From positions 91,265 through 155,264 of the forward strand of contig CAVRXT010000012.1 in NCBI GenBank assembly GCA_963725285.1: a stretch of 64,000 bases of DNA, written 5' to 3'. The translations under genes were made by a program, and so were the position numbers. The notes below the pieces were generated by a model, which worked only from the letters and a program-made list of their open reading frames with translations, had not been told where the DNA came from and searched no databases. Source of the DNA: an uncultured Acidobacteriota bacterium (GTDB lineage: Bacteria > Acidobacteriota > Terriglobia > Acidiferrales > UBA7541). Below, one piece after another: positions 28,040-37,806 of this stretch (positions within the stretch are counted from its first letter, which is position 1; each line of letters begins with the position of its first letter).

Positions 28040-28933
28040 TTAAACCGTTCGACTGCGACTAGCCTGGCTTTTGCGCCAGGTTGACCGCGCGGAGATTTTG
28101 GCCGAGGACTTCCGCACCGGTTCGGCCGATCTGCCAGCGCCCATGGCTGACTCCAAATCCGACCAGCCGGCCAGAGCCTCGCGCCAGAATTCGCGGAATG
28201 TGTATTTCGCCGCGGCGAACACCGTGCGGTGGTGGATCCAAACGACCAAGCATGTGCCCATCAAAAAGAAGCGCTGAGCCCGTTCCAGCAAAGCGCGGCA
28301 CAGAGGCGAGCGTCGGGCGGCTAGCCTGGACAACAGGGAAGCCTGAAATTTCAGATGCGTGGCTTCGTCCTGGAGGATTTTGGAGCTGATGGCCTGAAGG
28401 AGATTGGATTTGGTAGCGCGGCGGAGCGCACGGTAATAAGGAACTGCGATGGTCTCAGCCGTCACCAAAACGCGGAGCGACAGTTCGAGACCAGCTAAAC
28501 CACGAAGCAATCGAAATACCGAGTCCACCCAGTGGGTGGTGATCGCAGGAATATCCTCGCGGAGCATGAAACGGAGAAGCTGTGCGCTGTGGCGTTGCTC
28601 TTCTTTGATGAACAGGGCGAGAGCTTCCCGAAAATGCGGGTCGGCGGAGGAGTGGGAATAGACGTCGGCCCGAGCGAGCAGGCGACGGCCTTCGGAGCCC
28701 TCACCCAATTGAAACTGCTGGATGGATTTCCGAATCGCGCGACGCTCGCTCAAGGAGAGGCGATAGGAGTCCTGCCAGGGCAAGTTATCACTGGCTGAGT
28801 GGTTGGCTGCGAAGTGCGCGCACCACGCTTGGGACCGCGCGCGATGCTTTGATTGTAGAACCGATTGCTCAATCGTGGAGACTTCTGGTACGGCTGGGGA
28901 CGGCTCGGCAGCACTCACACGATTCGCGACCAT
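28040..28933 (-). CDS. Ferritin-like diiron-carboxylate superfamily protein (hypothetical oxygenase/hydrolase)
   Basis: Two ExxH motifs, EEQRH and DEATH, are spaced as in ferritin-like 4-helix bundles. Confidence 0.5.
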   Translation of the reverse strand: MVANRVSAAEPSPAVPEVSTIEQSVLQSKHRARSQAWCAHFAANHSASDNLPWQDSYRLSLSERRAIRKSIQQFQLGEGSEGRRLLARADVYSHSSADPHFREALALFIKEEQRHSAQLLRFMLREDIPAITTHWVDSVFRLLRGLAGLELSLRVLVTAETIAVPYYRALRRATKSNLLQAISSKILQDEATHLKFQASLLSRLAARRSPLCRALLERAQRFFLMGTCLVVWIHHRTVFAAAKYTFREFWREALAGWSDLESAMGAGRSAEPVRKSSAKISARSTWRKSQASRSRTV

Positions 28934-28949
28934 GGATCACCTCGCCGCT

Positions 28950-28968
28950 TACTTTACAATGTAAAGTA
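28950..28968. promoter_or_regulatory. 19-bp AT-rich perfect palindrome TACTTTACAATGTAAAGTA, a candidate operator upstream of the ferritin-like gene
   Basis: Located 17 nt upstream of the minus-strand start at 28933. It is strikingly AT-rich in a GC-rich intergenic region. Confidence 0.4.
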
Positions 28969-29099
28969 CTTTGCTGCAAGAAGAGAGCGACCCCAAAGGT
29001 GCCTAAATCCTTCATGGCCAACTCGCGCTCGCGCGGTGCGGCTCTGGTGGCCCCGGCGCTATCCTGTTGCCGCGTTATCCGCGGTGGGTGTAGAGCGAG

Positions 29100-29849
29100 T
29101 TATTCCCAGCGAAACACTTTGGCCGAGAGCGCGGTACAAAGCACAAAGACCAGCACCAGCGCCACTACGTCGCCCAGGTGGGGCCACCACGCGTCGCCCT
29201 TCCAAATTCCTTCGAGTAGCGAGACGGCGTAGGTGAACGGCAGCACCCGGGTGAGCGATTGCAGCGGTCGCGGCATGGATGCGATCGGCATGAACAGTCC
29301 GGAGACTACCAACATCGGATATAGGATGGCCGCGCTGATCGGCTGCGCAAAGCGCGCGGTGGGAACGATGCTGGCGACGACAAAGCCGATCGAGAGTATG
29401 CTCCACGTGCTGATCAGCAATGCGATCGCAAACCCCAACAGGGGGGCGTGCGTTCCCACCGGGTAGTAGCGTTTACCGGCCAAAACCAGCAAGACCAGGG
29501 TCGCCGCGGTGAGTGCCAATTTGACGATCACGTGCGCGGCAAGGATGGTCTGAGGGCGAAGCGGGGTGGCGCGCAGCCGTTTGAGGATGCCGCCCTCGCG
29601 GTAGATGGAGATGATGGTCACCAGCGACAGCACGCAGTTGACGGTGATCAGCAGGGATGCAAAGACCGGCAGGCCCACCCGAACAAAGCTGCTGGAGGCG
29701 ACCGACGACGACGGCATGGTCCGGCCGAACACCCGGCTCAATCCGATAAAAATCAAGACTGGAAAGCCGATCGTGCCGATCGCCCCCAGCGGCTCGCGCA
29801 TGAAAATCTTGATCTCGATCCAGGTGAGTTTCCAGAGTCCACGCAGCAT
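29100..29849 (-). CDS. ABC-2 type transporter permease
   Basis: 249 aa with six TM helices and an ABC-2 pattern. Confidence 0.8.
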   Translation of the reverse strand: MLRGLWKLTWIEIKIFMREPLGAIGTIGFPVLIFIGLSRVFGRTMPSSSVASSSFVRVGLPVFASLLITVNCVLSLVTIISIYREGGILKRLRATPLRPQTILAAHVIVKLALTAATLVLLVLAGKRYYPVGTHAPLLGFAIALLISTWSILSIGFVVASIVPTARFAQPISAAILYPMLVVSGLFMPIASMPRPLQSLTRVLPFTYAVSLLEGIWKGDAWWPHLGDVVALVLVFVLCTALSAKVFRWE

Positions 29850-29860
29850 CGTTATCGCGC

Positions 29861-30790
29861 CTAGTCGCGAATGGAATGGCCGGTCAGTTTGAGAAAGACG
29901 TCCTCGAGATTCGGAAGAATGGTGCGGAATTCGGTCACCCGGATCCGGTTCTCAGAGAGACAGTGGATAACCTCGGTCACCAAATCGTCACCTAGACCGC
30001 GAATTGTGAACCGCCGGTCGCTGCCGCTTACTGACGCGACTCGCGGGATCGCGCGAAAGCGCTCTTCCGCTTGCGGGTCATCGGTGGCCAGGACCACGGT
30101 TCGCTCCGGGCAATGGCGATCGACGAGTCTCGTCGGAGAGTCGATGTCGATGATCTGCCCGCGCTCGATGATGGCGACGCGGTCGCACAGCCGTTCCGCC
30201 TCTTCCATAAGATGGGTGGTCAAGAAGACGGTTTTGCCCTGCTTGCGGATACCGCGCACCAGTTCCCAGATGGCCCGGCGCGCCTGTGGGTCCAGTCCAG
30301 TGGTCAGTTCATCGAGAAACACCACCTCCGGATCGTTGATCAGGGCCAGGGCAATAAACAGCCGTTGTTTCTGGCCACCGGAAAGGGTCATGAACCAGGC
30401 GGTGCGCTTTTCGGCCAGGCCGAGCTGTTCGAGCAAGCGTTCGGCGTCTGCCGGCTTCCTGTTGTAAAGGGAAGCCCACAGGTCCACCGCCTCCCACACT
30501 TTGATTCGCTTCTGCAGTTGGGCCTGCTGGAGCTGGACCCCAATTCGCTGCTGCAGTTGGTAGACGTCTCGGAATGGATCAAGAGCCAGCACCGAGATGC
30601 TGCCGCGGTCGGGCTTGCGGATGCCCTCGATGCACTCCATCGTGGTGGTCTTTCCCGCGCCATTGGGCCCGATCAAACCGAAAATTTCGCCTTCCTTGAC
30701 CTCGAACGACACTTCGTCAACGGCCACGGTCGAACCGTAGGTCTTGCGGACTCCAGAAACTTGAATGATCGGAGGCATGCTCGTTTGCAA
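29861..30790 (-). CDS. ABC transporter ATP-binding protein (ABC-2/DrrA-like)
   Basis: Walker [10 protein letters not shown], signature LSGGQKQRL and Walker B VVFLDELT. Confidence 0.85.
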   Translation of the reverse strand: MQTSMPPIIQVSGVRKTYGSTVAVDEVSFEVKEGEIFGLIGPNGAGKTTTMECIEGIRKPDRGSISVLALDPFRDVYQLQQRIGVQLQQAQLQKRIKVWEAVDLWASLYNRKPADAERLLEQLGLAEKRTAWFMTLSGGQKQRLFIALALINDPEVVFLDELTTGLDPQARRAIWELVRGIRKQGKTVFLTTHLMEEAERLCDRVAIIERGQIIDIDSPTRLVDRHCPERTVVLATDDPQAEERFRAIPRVASVSGSDRRFTIRGLGDDLVTEVIHCLSENRIRVTEFRTILPNLEDVFLKLTGHSIRD

Positions 30791-30992
30791 AATCGTGGAT
30801 CGACCGAACCAGGACCAGAGGTTTATATCACACCCTTAGGTTAGGTCCTGGTGCTTGGCCACGCGGAGGAGCTAAACCCAACATTCCCATAAGCATATAA
30901 ACCATCTGCTGTCTCTGCTCGCGGATGCGCGGCTTGACAACAAACAAGACGCAAGCGCAGGATGTGCACGAACAACGCAAGGAGTGACACCT

Positions 30993-33008
30993 ATGTTACT
31001 GAATGTCCCAATTATTACATGGGTCTTTGCCGGTGTTTTGCTTGCTGTTGTGTACATCTTGATGTCCCTGCGCCGGGTGGGACCTTCGGAGATCGGCTTG
31101 GTCCTAAAACGTGCTTCATCGCGCAAGCTGACCGACGACAACATGATCGCCTTCCAGGGCGAGGCGGGTTACCAGGCTGACCTGCTGCTTCCAGGAGTAC
31201 GTTGGAAGCCGTGGCTGCTGTACGAAGTGGAAAAGTTCCCGTGGGTGCAGATTCCCGCGGGAGAAATTGGAGTGGTCATTGCGCAAGTGGGCGCGTCGTT
31301 GCCGATTGGCGCAAAGTCGGCCGTTTACAAAAAGTCCTTTGGAAATTTTGCGAACTTGCGGGCGTTCGTTGCTGGCGGTGGACAAAAGGGCGTACAACGT
31401 CCGGTATTCCCTCCCGGGACGACTGCGCCGATTCATCCGGTTGGCTTTCTCGTCGTAACCAAGAGCCGGGTGTATGGTCTCCCGATTTCTCCCGAGCTCC
31501 GCTCGCGAACGGGGAAGACGGGAGGACTCACGCCCCAGGCGTTCGGTCTGCAGCCGGATCAGCTCGAGTTGGTGCGCATCGAGCCAAAACCTTGCGGGAA
31601 AGATGCCGCGCTGATGGACTTGGTAGGAATTGTGACCACTTACGAGGGCGATCCGCTGCCTTCGGGCGACATCGCCGGCCGTCTGGATGGCTTTGCCGAT
31701 ATCAACAAGATGGAGGAGGCCAAGGCCAGCGACGGCGAGGTGATTGAAGTGCTGCTCGGGAACAAGAATAATCTGCACAACAACTATCAGGACTTTCAGG
31801 CGTTCCTGGATAGCGGTGGACGGATCGGATTGCAGCATGATCCGCTGCTCTACGGCGCCTACGCGCTCAATCCGTTCCTGGTAAGCGTAGAGATGGTCTC
31901 GATGTTGGTGGTGCAACAGGGACAAGTCGCGGTCATCAAAGCATACGTGGGCCTGCCCACCCAGGACACTTCCGGCTCCGATTTCAAATTCGGCTCGCTG
32001 GTGCGGCCCGGGCACCGCGGGATATGGCAGGAGGCGCTGCGCACAGGAAAATACCCGCTCAATCCCCGTTGCTATCAGGCCGAGATCGTACCGACGTCCA
32101 TCCTTACGCTGAACTGGGCCGACGCAGTATCCCAAGCGCACAACCTCGACGCGCAGCTCCAACAGATCGTAGCCAAGAGCAGTGAAGGGTTCGTTTTCAA
32201 GATTGACCTGCAGGTGCAAATCCACGTCCCCGATACGAATGCCCCTCGGGTGATCTCGATGGTAGGGACAATGATGAACCTGGTCAACGAGGTCCTACAG
32301 GCAGCGGTGGGGAATCATTTCCGCGACAAGCTGCAAAGCATGCCCGCCGTGCGATTCATCGAAACGCGGCAGCAGGTGCAGGAAGAAGCGTTTAGGCACA
32401 TCAACGAACAGCTGGCCCAATACCGGGTCGAGACCCGCGGAGTTTACATTCAAGACGTCATTCTGCCGGAAGACATGGTGAAGGTCCTGACCCAACGCGA
32501 AATCGCCAACCAGGAGATTGAGACGTACCGCAAACAGCGCTCCGCTCAAGATGAGCGCATTGCCATGGAAAACGCCAAAGGCACAGCGGAGATGCAGGCG
32601 GATCTCGCTAAATCGAAGGTGGGAGTCGACATCAAAACGAATGACGCAAATGCCCGCACCGCGGAAGCTCGGGGTGAGGCCGAATTCATTCGCCAGACCG
32701 GCACCGCGCGCGGGGCCGAGGTGGAAGCGGTTGGACTGGCTCGCGCCCGCGGGTACGAAGCCCAGGTGCGCGCCCTCGGGTCGAATGCGACAGCGCTGGT
32801 AAACGTTATTTCGGCACTCTCGGAGGGCACGACGAAGTTCGTCCCTGACGTCCTCGTCACCAGCGGATCGAATGGCGGCGGAGCGCTCGAGGGTCTGGCG
32901 GCTACCGCCATGCGTTATCTCGCGGGAACCGGCGGCCATGGCAAACCCGGAGAGGCGAAGGGCGGCTCGCTCCCCGCTAGCTCCGGCGGGAAATCCGACC
33001 CGGATTAG
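30993..33008 (+). CDS. Flotillin-like SPFH/Band-7 family membrane protein (YqiK-like)
   Basis: N-terminal TM, then an SPFH region and a long coiled-coil EA-rich C-terminus. AAGGAG RBS before ATG 30993. Confidence 0.65.
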   Translation: MLLNVPIITWVFAGVLLAVVYILMSLRRVGPSEIGLVLKRASSRKLTDDNMIAFQGEAGYQADLLLPGVRWKPWLLYEVEKFPWVQIPAGEIGVVIAQVGASLPIGAKSAVYKKSFGNFANLRAFVAGGGQKGVQRPVFPPGTTAPIHPVGFLVVTKSRVYGLPISPELRSRTGKTGGLTPQAFGLQPDQLELVRIEPKPCGKDAALMDLVGIVTTYEGDPLPSGDIAGRLDGFADINKMEEAKASDGEVIEVLLGNKNNLHNNYQDFQAFLDSGGRIGLQHDPLLYGAYALNPFLVSVEMVSMLVVQQGQVAVIKAYVGLPTQDTSGSDFKFGSLVRPGHRGIWQEALRTGKYPLNPRCYQAEIVPTSILTLNWADAVSQAHNLDAQLQQIVAKSSEGFVFKIDLQVQIHVPDTNAPRVISMVGTMMNLVNEVLQAAVGNHFRDKLQSMPAVRFIETRQQVQEEAFRHINEQLAQYRVETRGVYIQDVILPEDMVKVLTQREIANQEIETYRKQRSAQDERIAMENAKGTAEMQADLAKSKVGVDIKTNDANARTAEARGEAEFIRQTGTARGAEVEAVGLARARGYEAQVRALGSNATALVNVISALSEGTTKFVPDVLVTSGSNGGGALEGLAATAMRYLAGTGGHGKPGEAKGGSLPASSGGKSDPD

Positions 33009-33033
33009 ACGAAAGAGGAGGCCGGACGAAAAC

Positions 33034-33750
33034 ATGCCTAGTGTTACCTCGATCATGGGTGAGTTGAAAAACAAGGGCAGCGAGAAGACCCGCAAAATGT
33101 ATGCGCGTCACGGGATGGCCACCGAGCGCATGTTCGGCGTGAGCATGGCGGACCTCAAGGTGATCGCGAAAACAATCAAAGGACAACAGCCGCTCGCGTG
33201 CGAGCTTTATGAAACGGGCAACCTGGATGCTATGTACCTCGCCGGAATGGTGGCGGACGGGTCGCAAATGACCAAGAAGGAGTTGAACGGGTGGGCCGAG
33301 GGTGCGGCGAATTTGCAGATGATTTCTGAGTACACGGTCCCGTGGGTGACGGTTGAGAATCCGGACGCTCGGGAGCTTGCGGTGCAGTGGATCAAATCGA
33401 ACAAGGAACACGTTGCATCCGCGGGCTGGTGCACGTATGCCGGGTTGATCGCCACGAAAGCGGACGAGCGGTTGGACCTTGCGGAGATCGAGAGCCTTCT
33501 CGGGACCATCGTCCGGGAAGTCCACCGGGCGCAGAACCGCGTTCGGTACACCATGAATGGCTTTGTGATTGCCGTCGGAACTTACGTCAAGACTCTGTTG
33601 AAACAGGCGAAAGCGTCGGCCCGGCAGATCGGCGCCGTTTCGGTGGACATGGGCGACACGGCTTGTACGGTACGTCTCGCCTCTGCGCATATCGAAAAGA
33701 TCGAGGCGTCTGGCCAGGTAGGTAAGAAGAAAAAAACGATCCGCTGCTAG
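33034..33750 (+). CDS. DNA alkylation repair enzyme family protein (AlkD-like HEAT-repeat)
   Basis: The N-terminus MPSVTSIMGELKNKGSEKTRKMYARHG is typical of PF08713. GAGGAGG RBS. Confidence 0.7.
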   Translation: MPSVTSIMGELKNKGSEKTRKMYARHGMATERMFGVSMADLKVIAKTIKGQQPLACELYETGNLDAMYLAGMVADGSQMTKKELNGWAEGAANLQMISEYTVPWVTVENPDARELAVQWIKSNKEHVASAGWCTYAGLIATKADERLDLAEIESLLGTIVREVHRAQNRVRYTMNGFVIAVGTYVKTLLKQAKASARQIGAVSVDMGDTACTVRLASAHIEKIEASGQVGKKKKTIRC

Positions 33751-33808
33751 GTCCTTGATTCGCCTTCAATCCTCCCATCCAAGGAGTTCCCCTGCTACAA
33801 TCCCGGGA

Positions 33809-35119
33809 ATGCGTGCCGTCGATCTGATTCGCAAGAAGCGCAATGCCGAAGAACTGACCGCTGAAGAGATCGCCTTCCTGATCGCGGGCGCCACTCACGA
33901 CACGATTCCCGATTACCAGATGGCCGCGTGGTTGATGGCGGTCCTATGGCGTGGCATGACCCGCGCCGAACTCGCCGCGCTCACCGAATCGATGTTGCAA
34001 TCTGGCGAGCGGCTGGATTTTTCGCACCTGCCCGCAGCCAAGGTCGACAAACATTCAACCGGCGGGGTGGGCGACAAGACTTCGCTGGTGATTGCGCCCA
34101 TCGTCGCCGCTGCGGGGCTGTATGTCCCGATGATCAGCGGCCGCGGCTTGGGCCACACCGGCGGCACCCTGGACAAACTTGAATCCATCCCCGGGTTCAA
34201 CGTGAACCTTTCGCTGGCGGATTTCGAGCGCGTTTTGCAGGAATGCCGGTGCGGCTTGATCGGGCAGACGCCGCAGATCGCGCCGGCCGACAAAAAGCTG
34301 TACGCTCTGCGCGACGTCACCGCAACGGTGGAGAGCCCCTACCTGATTTGCGCGTCGATCATGAGCAAGAAAATGGCGGAAGGAATTGATGCGTTGGTGC
34401 TGGACGTAAAAACCGGCGATGGCGCGTTCATGAAAGAACAAAAAGACGCGGTGTATCTCGCGGAGCTGATGGTTGAGACCGGCACGCGCATGGGCAAGAA
34501 AGTGGTTGCGTTGATTACGGACATGAGCCAGCCGCTGGGACGAAAAATCGGCAACGCGTTGGAAGTGAAAGAGTGTATCGAAGTTCTCGGTGGCGGCGGC
34601 CCGCAGGACTTGATCGACCTGTGCATCGAGCTTTCCGCCTGGATGCTGCTGCTGGGCTCGCGCTCGGCCAACCTGGCCGCAGGCCGCACCTTGGCCAGGG
34701 AAATGATTTCCTCCGGCCGCGCTCGTGATACATTTCGTCACATCGTGCGGCTGCAAGGCGGCGATGGCGGGGTGATCGACGACGTGGGACACTTGCCGCG
34801 GGCCGCTCATACCCGCCAGATCCACACGCCACGCGATGGGTTCGTTTCCGCGATTCGCTGCGAAAATGTGGGCGTGGCGGGAATGGTCCTGGGCGGCGGG
34901 CGGGAAAAGAAGGAAGACCGAGTGGATCCGGCGGTGGGGATCGTGCTCGAGAAGAAGGTAGGAGACGCGGTGCGCGCCGGTGAAGCGCTGTGCACCGTCC
35001 ACTACAATTCGGATTTGCGTCTGGAAGAAGCTTGCGAACTGCTGGAAGAAAGCTTTCGCATCGCTCCCCAAGCGCCGCCGCCGGCGCCGCTGGTGCTTCG
35101 GGTGATCGGTGCGGAGTGA
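33809..35119 (+). CDS. deoA: Thymidine / pyrimidine-nucleoside phosphorylase
   Basis: Contains HSTGGVGDKTSL and SGRGLGHTGGTLDKLE. Confidence 0.85.
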   Translation: MRAVDLIRKKRNAEELTAEEIAFLIAGATHDTIPDYQMAAWLMAVLWRGMTRAELAALTESMLQSGERLDFSHLPAAKVDKHSTGGVGDKTSLVIAPIVAAAGLYVPMISGRGLGHTGGTLDKLESIPGFNVNLSLADFERVLQECRCGLIGQTPQIAPADKKLYALRDVTATVESPYLICASIMSKKMAEGIDALVLDVKTGDGAFMKEQKDAVYLAELMVETGTRMGKKVVALITDMSQPLGRKIGNALEVKECIEVLGGGGPQDLIDLCIELSAWMLLLGSRSANLAAGRTLAREMISSGRARDTFRHIVRLQGGDGGVIDDVGHLPRAAHTRQIHTPRDGFVSAIRCENVGVAGMVLGGGREKKEDRVDPAVGIVLEKKVGDAVRAGEALCTVHYNSDLRLEEACELLEESFRIAPQAPPPAPLVLRVIGAE

Positions 35120-35206
35120 ACTTCGGCCCCGGAAAAATCTTCTCGCTCCAATTTAGGTTGCAAGAGCTGCCAAGCGCATTTGCCGGAAAAAGGGAGGCCT
35201 TTCACC

Positions 35207-36439
35207 GTGCATCGATTCGTCGGGTTGATTGGCATGGCAACGATGATGGGGTTGGCCTTCATTTTCTCGACCAATCGGCGCGCCATTCGCCCTCGAACGG
35301 TTGCCTGGGGTGTGGGTCTGCAGGTGGGGTTCGCCTTCCTGGTGATGCGATGGGAATACGGCCGGCTGCTTTTTCAGAAGGCGGGCGCCGGGGTGAATTG
35401 GCTGCTGGACTTTGCCTTCTACGGATCGGAATTTGTCTTCGGCCCGCTGGGAAAAAAAGTCTCGCCGATGGGTTTCTTCGTCGCCTTCCAGGTACTTCCG
35501 ACCATCATCTTTATCGCTGCACTTTTCGCGCTGCTCTATCACTGGGGCGTGATGCAATTCATCATCAAGCAGGCCGCGCGCATCATGACCTACACCATGG
35601 GCACCAGCGGGGCCGAATCGCTCAACGTGGCCGCTAGCATTTTCATGGGCCAGACCGAGGCGCCTCTTACCATTCGCCCATTCTTGGACAACGTCACCCG
35701 CTCCGAACTGATGACCATCATGACCAGCGGCATGGCCCACGTTTCCGGCGGAATCATGGCTGCATACATTCTCTACGGAATCGAAGCGAAACATTTGCTG
35801 GCAGCGGTGATCATGACCGCGCCCGGCACCATCCTGCTTTCGAAGATGCTGGTGCCCGAAACCGAAACGCCACTCACCAGCGGCAAGGTGGTGATGGCGC
35901 ACACCGAGCGGGACGCCAACTCGTTGGGCGCGATTTCCCGCGGCACCTCCGACGGACTAAATCTGGCGATCAACGTAGGCGCCATGCTGATCTCATTTAT
36001 CGCGCTGATCTATCTGGTGGACGGCATCTTCGGCGCCGCGCACACCTGGCTGGGCTATCACCACATTTGGTTTCCCAATAGCCTGGAACAGATCCTGGGT
36101 TGGTTATTCGCGCCGGTGGCCTGGCTGATCGGGATTCCATGGCACGATTGCCTGCAGATCGGCAACTTGCTGGGATTGCGCATGGTCACCAATGAATTGA
36201 TCGCCTTCCAGCGGCTGGGTCCGATGAAAGAAGCGCTCGACCCGCGTTCGTTTACCATCGCCACTTTCGCGTTGTGCGGTTTTGCGAACTTGAGTTCGAT
36301 CGGCATTCAGATTGGGGGCATCGGCGCGCTGGCGCCCAGCCGCAAAGCCGATCTGGCCCGGCTAGGTATTCGCGCGATGTTGTGCGGCACCATGGCCAAT
36401 CTGATGTCCGCGTCGATTGTGGGCGTGTTTCTGCGATGA
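35207..36439 (+). CDS. nupC: NupC-family concentrative nucleoside transporter
   Basis: CNT-family TM pattern. GTG 35207 lies after an AAAGGGAGG RBS. Confidence 0.85.
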   Translation: MHRFVGLIGMATMMGLAFIFSTNRRAIRPRTVAWGVGLQVGFAFLVMRWEYGRLLFQKAGAGVNWLLDFAFYGSEFVFGPLGKKVSPMGFFVAFQVLPTIIFIAALFALLYHWGVMQFIIKQAARIMTYTMGTSGAESLNVAASIFMGQTEAPLTIRPFLDNVTRSELMTIMTSGMAHVSGGIMAAYILYGIEAKHLLAAVIMTAPGTILLSKMLVPETETPLTSGKVVMAHTERDANSLGAISRGTSDGLNLAINVGAMLISFIALIYLVDGIFGAAHTWLGYHHIWFPNSLEQILGWLFAPVAWLIGIPWHDCLQIGNLLGLRMVTNELIAFQRLGPMKEALDPRSFTIATFALCGFANLSSIGIQIGGIGALAPSRKADLARLGIRAMLCGTMANLMSASIVGVFLR

Positions 36440-37323
36440 GCGCGCGGGGCAAGAATTCGCCGGGCGGCGCCGGGACCGGCGCCTTCGCCCAAGCCGAACG
36501 CGCCGCTAAATTCATTCTGGCGAAAAGCGAGCTGCGCCCGCGCGTCGCCATCGTTTTGGGCTCCGGCTTGGGCGCGTTTGCCGATGGACTGGCCAAACCC
36601 ACGGTTATCCCCTACCCGAAGATTCCACATTTTCCGCGCTCCACGGCGATTGGTCACGCCGGGCAACTGGTGATCGGGCTGGCCGGGAACGTTCCGGTCG
36701 CCGCAATGCAGGGGCGTGTGCATTTCTACGAGGGCTATTCGCTGTCGCAAGTGGTTTTCCCCATGCGCGTCCTAGGACGGATGGGAATTCGCTCCGCGAT
36801 TCTCACCAACGCCGCGGGCGGCATCAATACCAAGTACTCGCAGGGCGCGCTGGTGGCGATTCGCGATCACATCAATTTGCAGGGATCAAATCCGCTGATC
36901 GGGGTGAACGACGATCGCTTCGGTCCGCGTTTCTCCGATATGACCCATGCCTATCGAGAGTCCTATCGGGAAATTGCCATCGAAGAAGCCCGGCGCCTCG
37001 GTTTTGAACTACCGGAAGGCGTCTATGCCGCGCTCACCGGGCCGAGTTTTGAGACCCCCGCGGAAATCCGCTATTTGCGCACCATCGGCGCCGATCTGGT
37101 GGGCATGTCCACTGCGCCGGAAGTAATCGTCGCGCGGCACATGGGAATTCGGGTGTTGGGAATATCCTGCGTAACCAATATGGCTGCGGGGATCCTAGAT
37201 CAAGAGCTCAATCACCAGGAAGTTTTGGAAACCGGCGAGCGCGTGAAGGGGCAATTCATCTCCTTGTTGGAAGCGGTGCTGCCCAAAATTGCGGAAGACG
37301 CCGCCAAGCGGGAAAGGGAGTAG
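36436..37323 (+). CDS. punA: Purine nucleoside phosphorylase (trimeric PNP-I / PunA type)
   Basis: Close match to PunA: VAIVLGSGLG, HAGQLV, NAAGG and TGPSFETPAE. ATGA overlap with nupC. Confidence 0.85.
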   Translation: MSARGKNSPGGAGTGAFAQAERAAKFILAKSELRPRVAIVLGSGLGAFADGLAKPTVIPYPKIPHFPRSTAIGHAGQLVIGLAGNVPVAAMQGRVHFYEGYSLSQVVFPMRVLGRMGIRSAILTNAAGGINTKYSQGALVAIRDHINLQGSNPLIGVNDDRFGPRFSDMTHAYRESYREIAIEEARRLGFELPEGVYAALTGPSFETPAEIRYLRTIGADLVGMSTAPEVIVARHMGIRVLGISCVTNMAAGILDQELNHQEVLETGERVKGQFISLLEAVLPKIAEDAAKRERE

Positions 37324-37334
37324 GTTCTGCGGCC

Positions 37335-37727
37335 ATGAGCGAAGAGTCTACATGGATTGAAGCCGCGAAAGCGGCACGAGAGTTTGCCCACGCTCCGTTT
37401 TCGAATTTCAAAGTGGGCGCGGCGCTGCATACGCGGTCCGGCAAGATTTTCACCGGCTGCAACGTGGAAAACGCCAGCTACGGACTCACCCTTTGCGCCG
37501 AGCGCACCGCCATCGTCAAGGCCGTCTCCGAAGGCGAAAAGGAATTCGACGCGATTGTGGTGGTGACCGACACCGATAGACTGACGCCGCCTTGCGGAGC
37601 CTGCCGCCAATTCATCTGGGAGTTTTGCGGAGACATTGCGGTGATCATGGCCAATTTGAAAGGGGAAGTGAGGCACGATCGCAGCGGCGCGCTCTTGCCC
37701 TATGCTTTCGATTCGTCATTTCTTTAG
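37335..37727 (+). CDS. cdd: Cytidine deaminase
   Basis: Zinc-binding motifs CAER and PCGACRQ. 130 aa. Confidence 0.85.
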   Translation: MSEESTWIEAAKAAREFAHAPFSNFKVGAALHTRSGKIFTGCNVENASYGLTLCAERTAIVKAVSEGEKEFDAIVVVTDTDRLTPPCGACRQFIWEFCGDIAVIMANLKGEVRHDRSGALLPYAFDSSFL

Positions 37728-37806
37728 GAGGTTGGGAGCATCGGCGATATCCATTTCGTCCGCGACGATGTGAGCCCGCAGATATTCTGAACACCGGAGG
37801 AAACAC

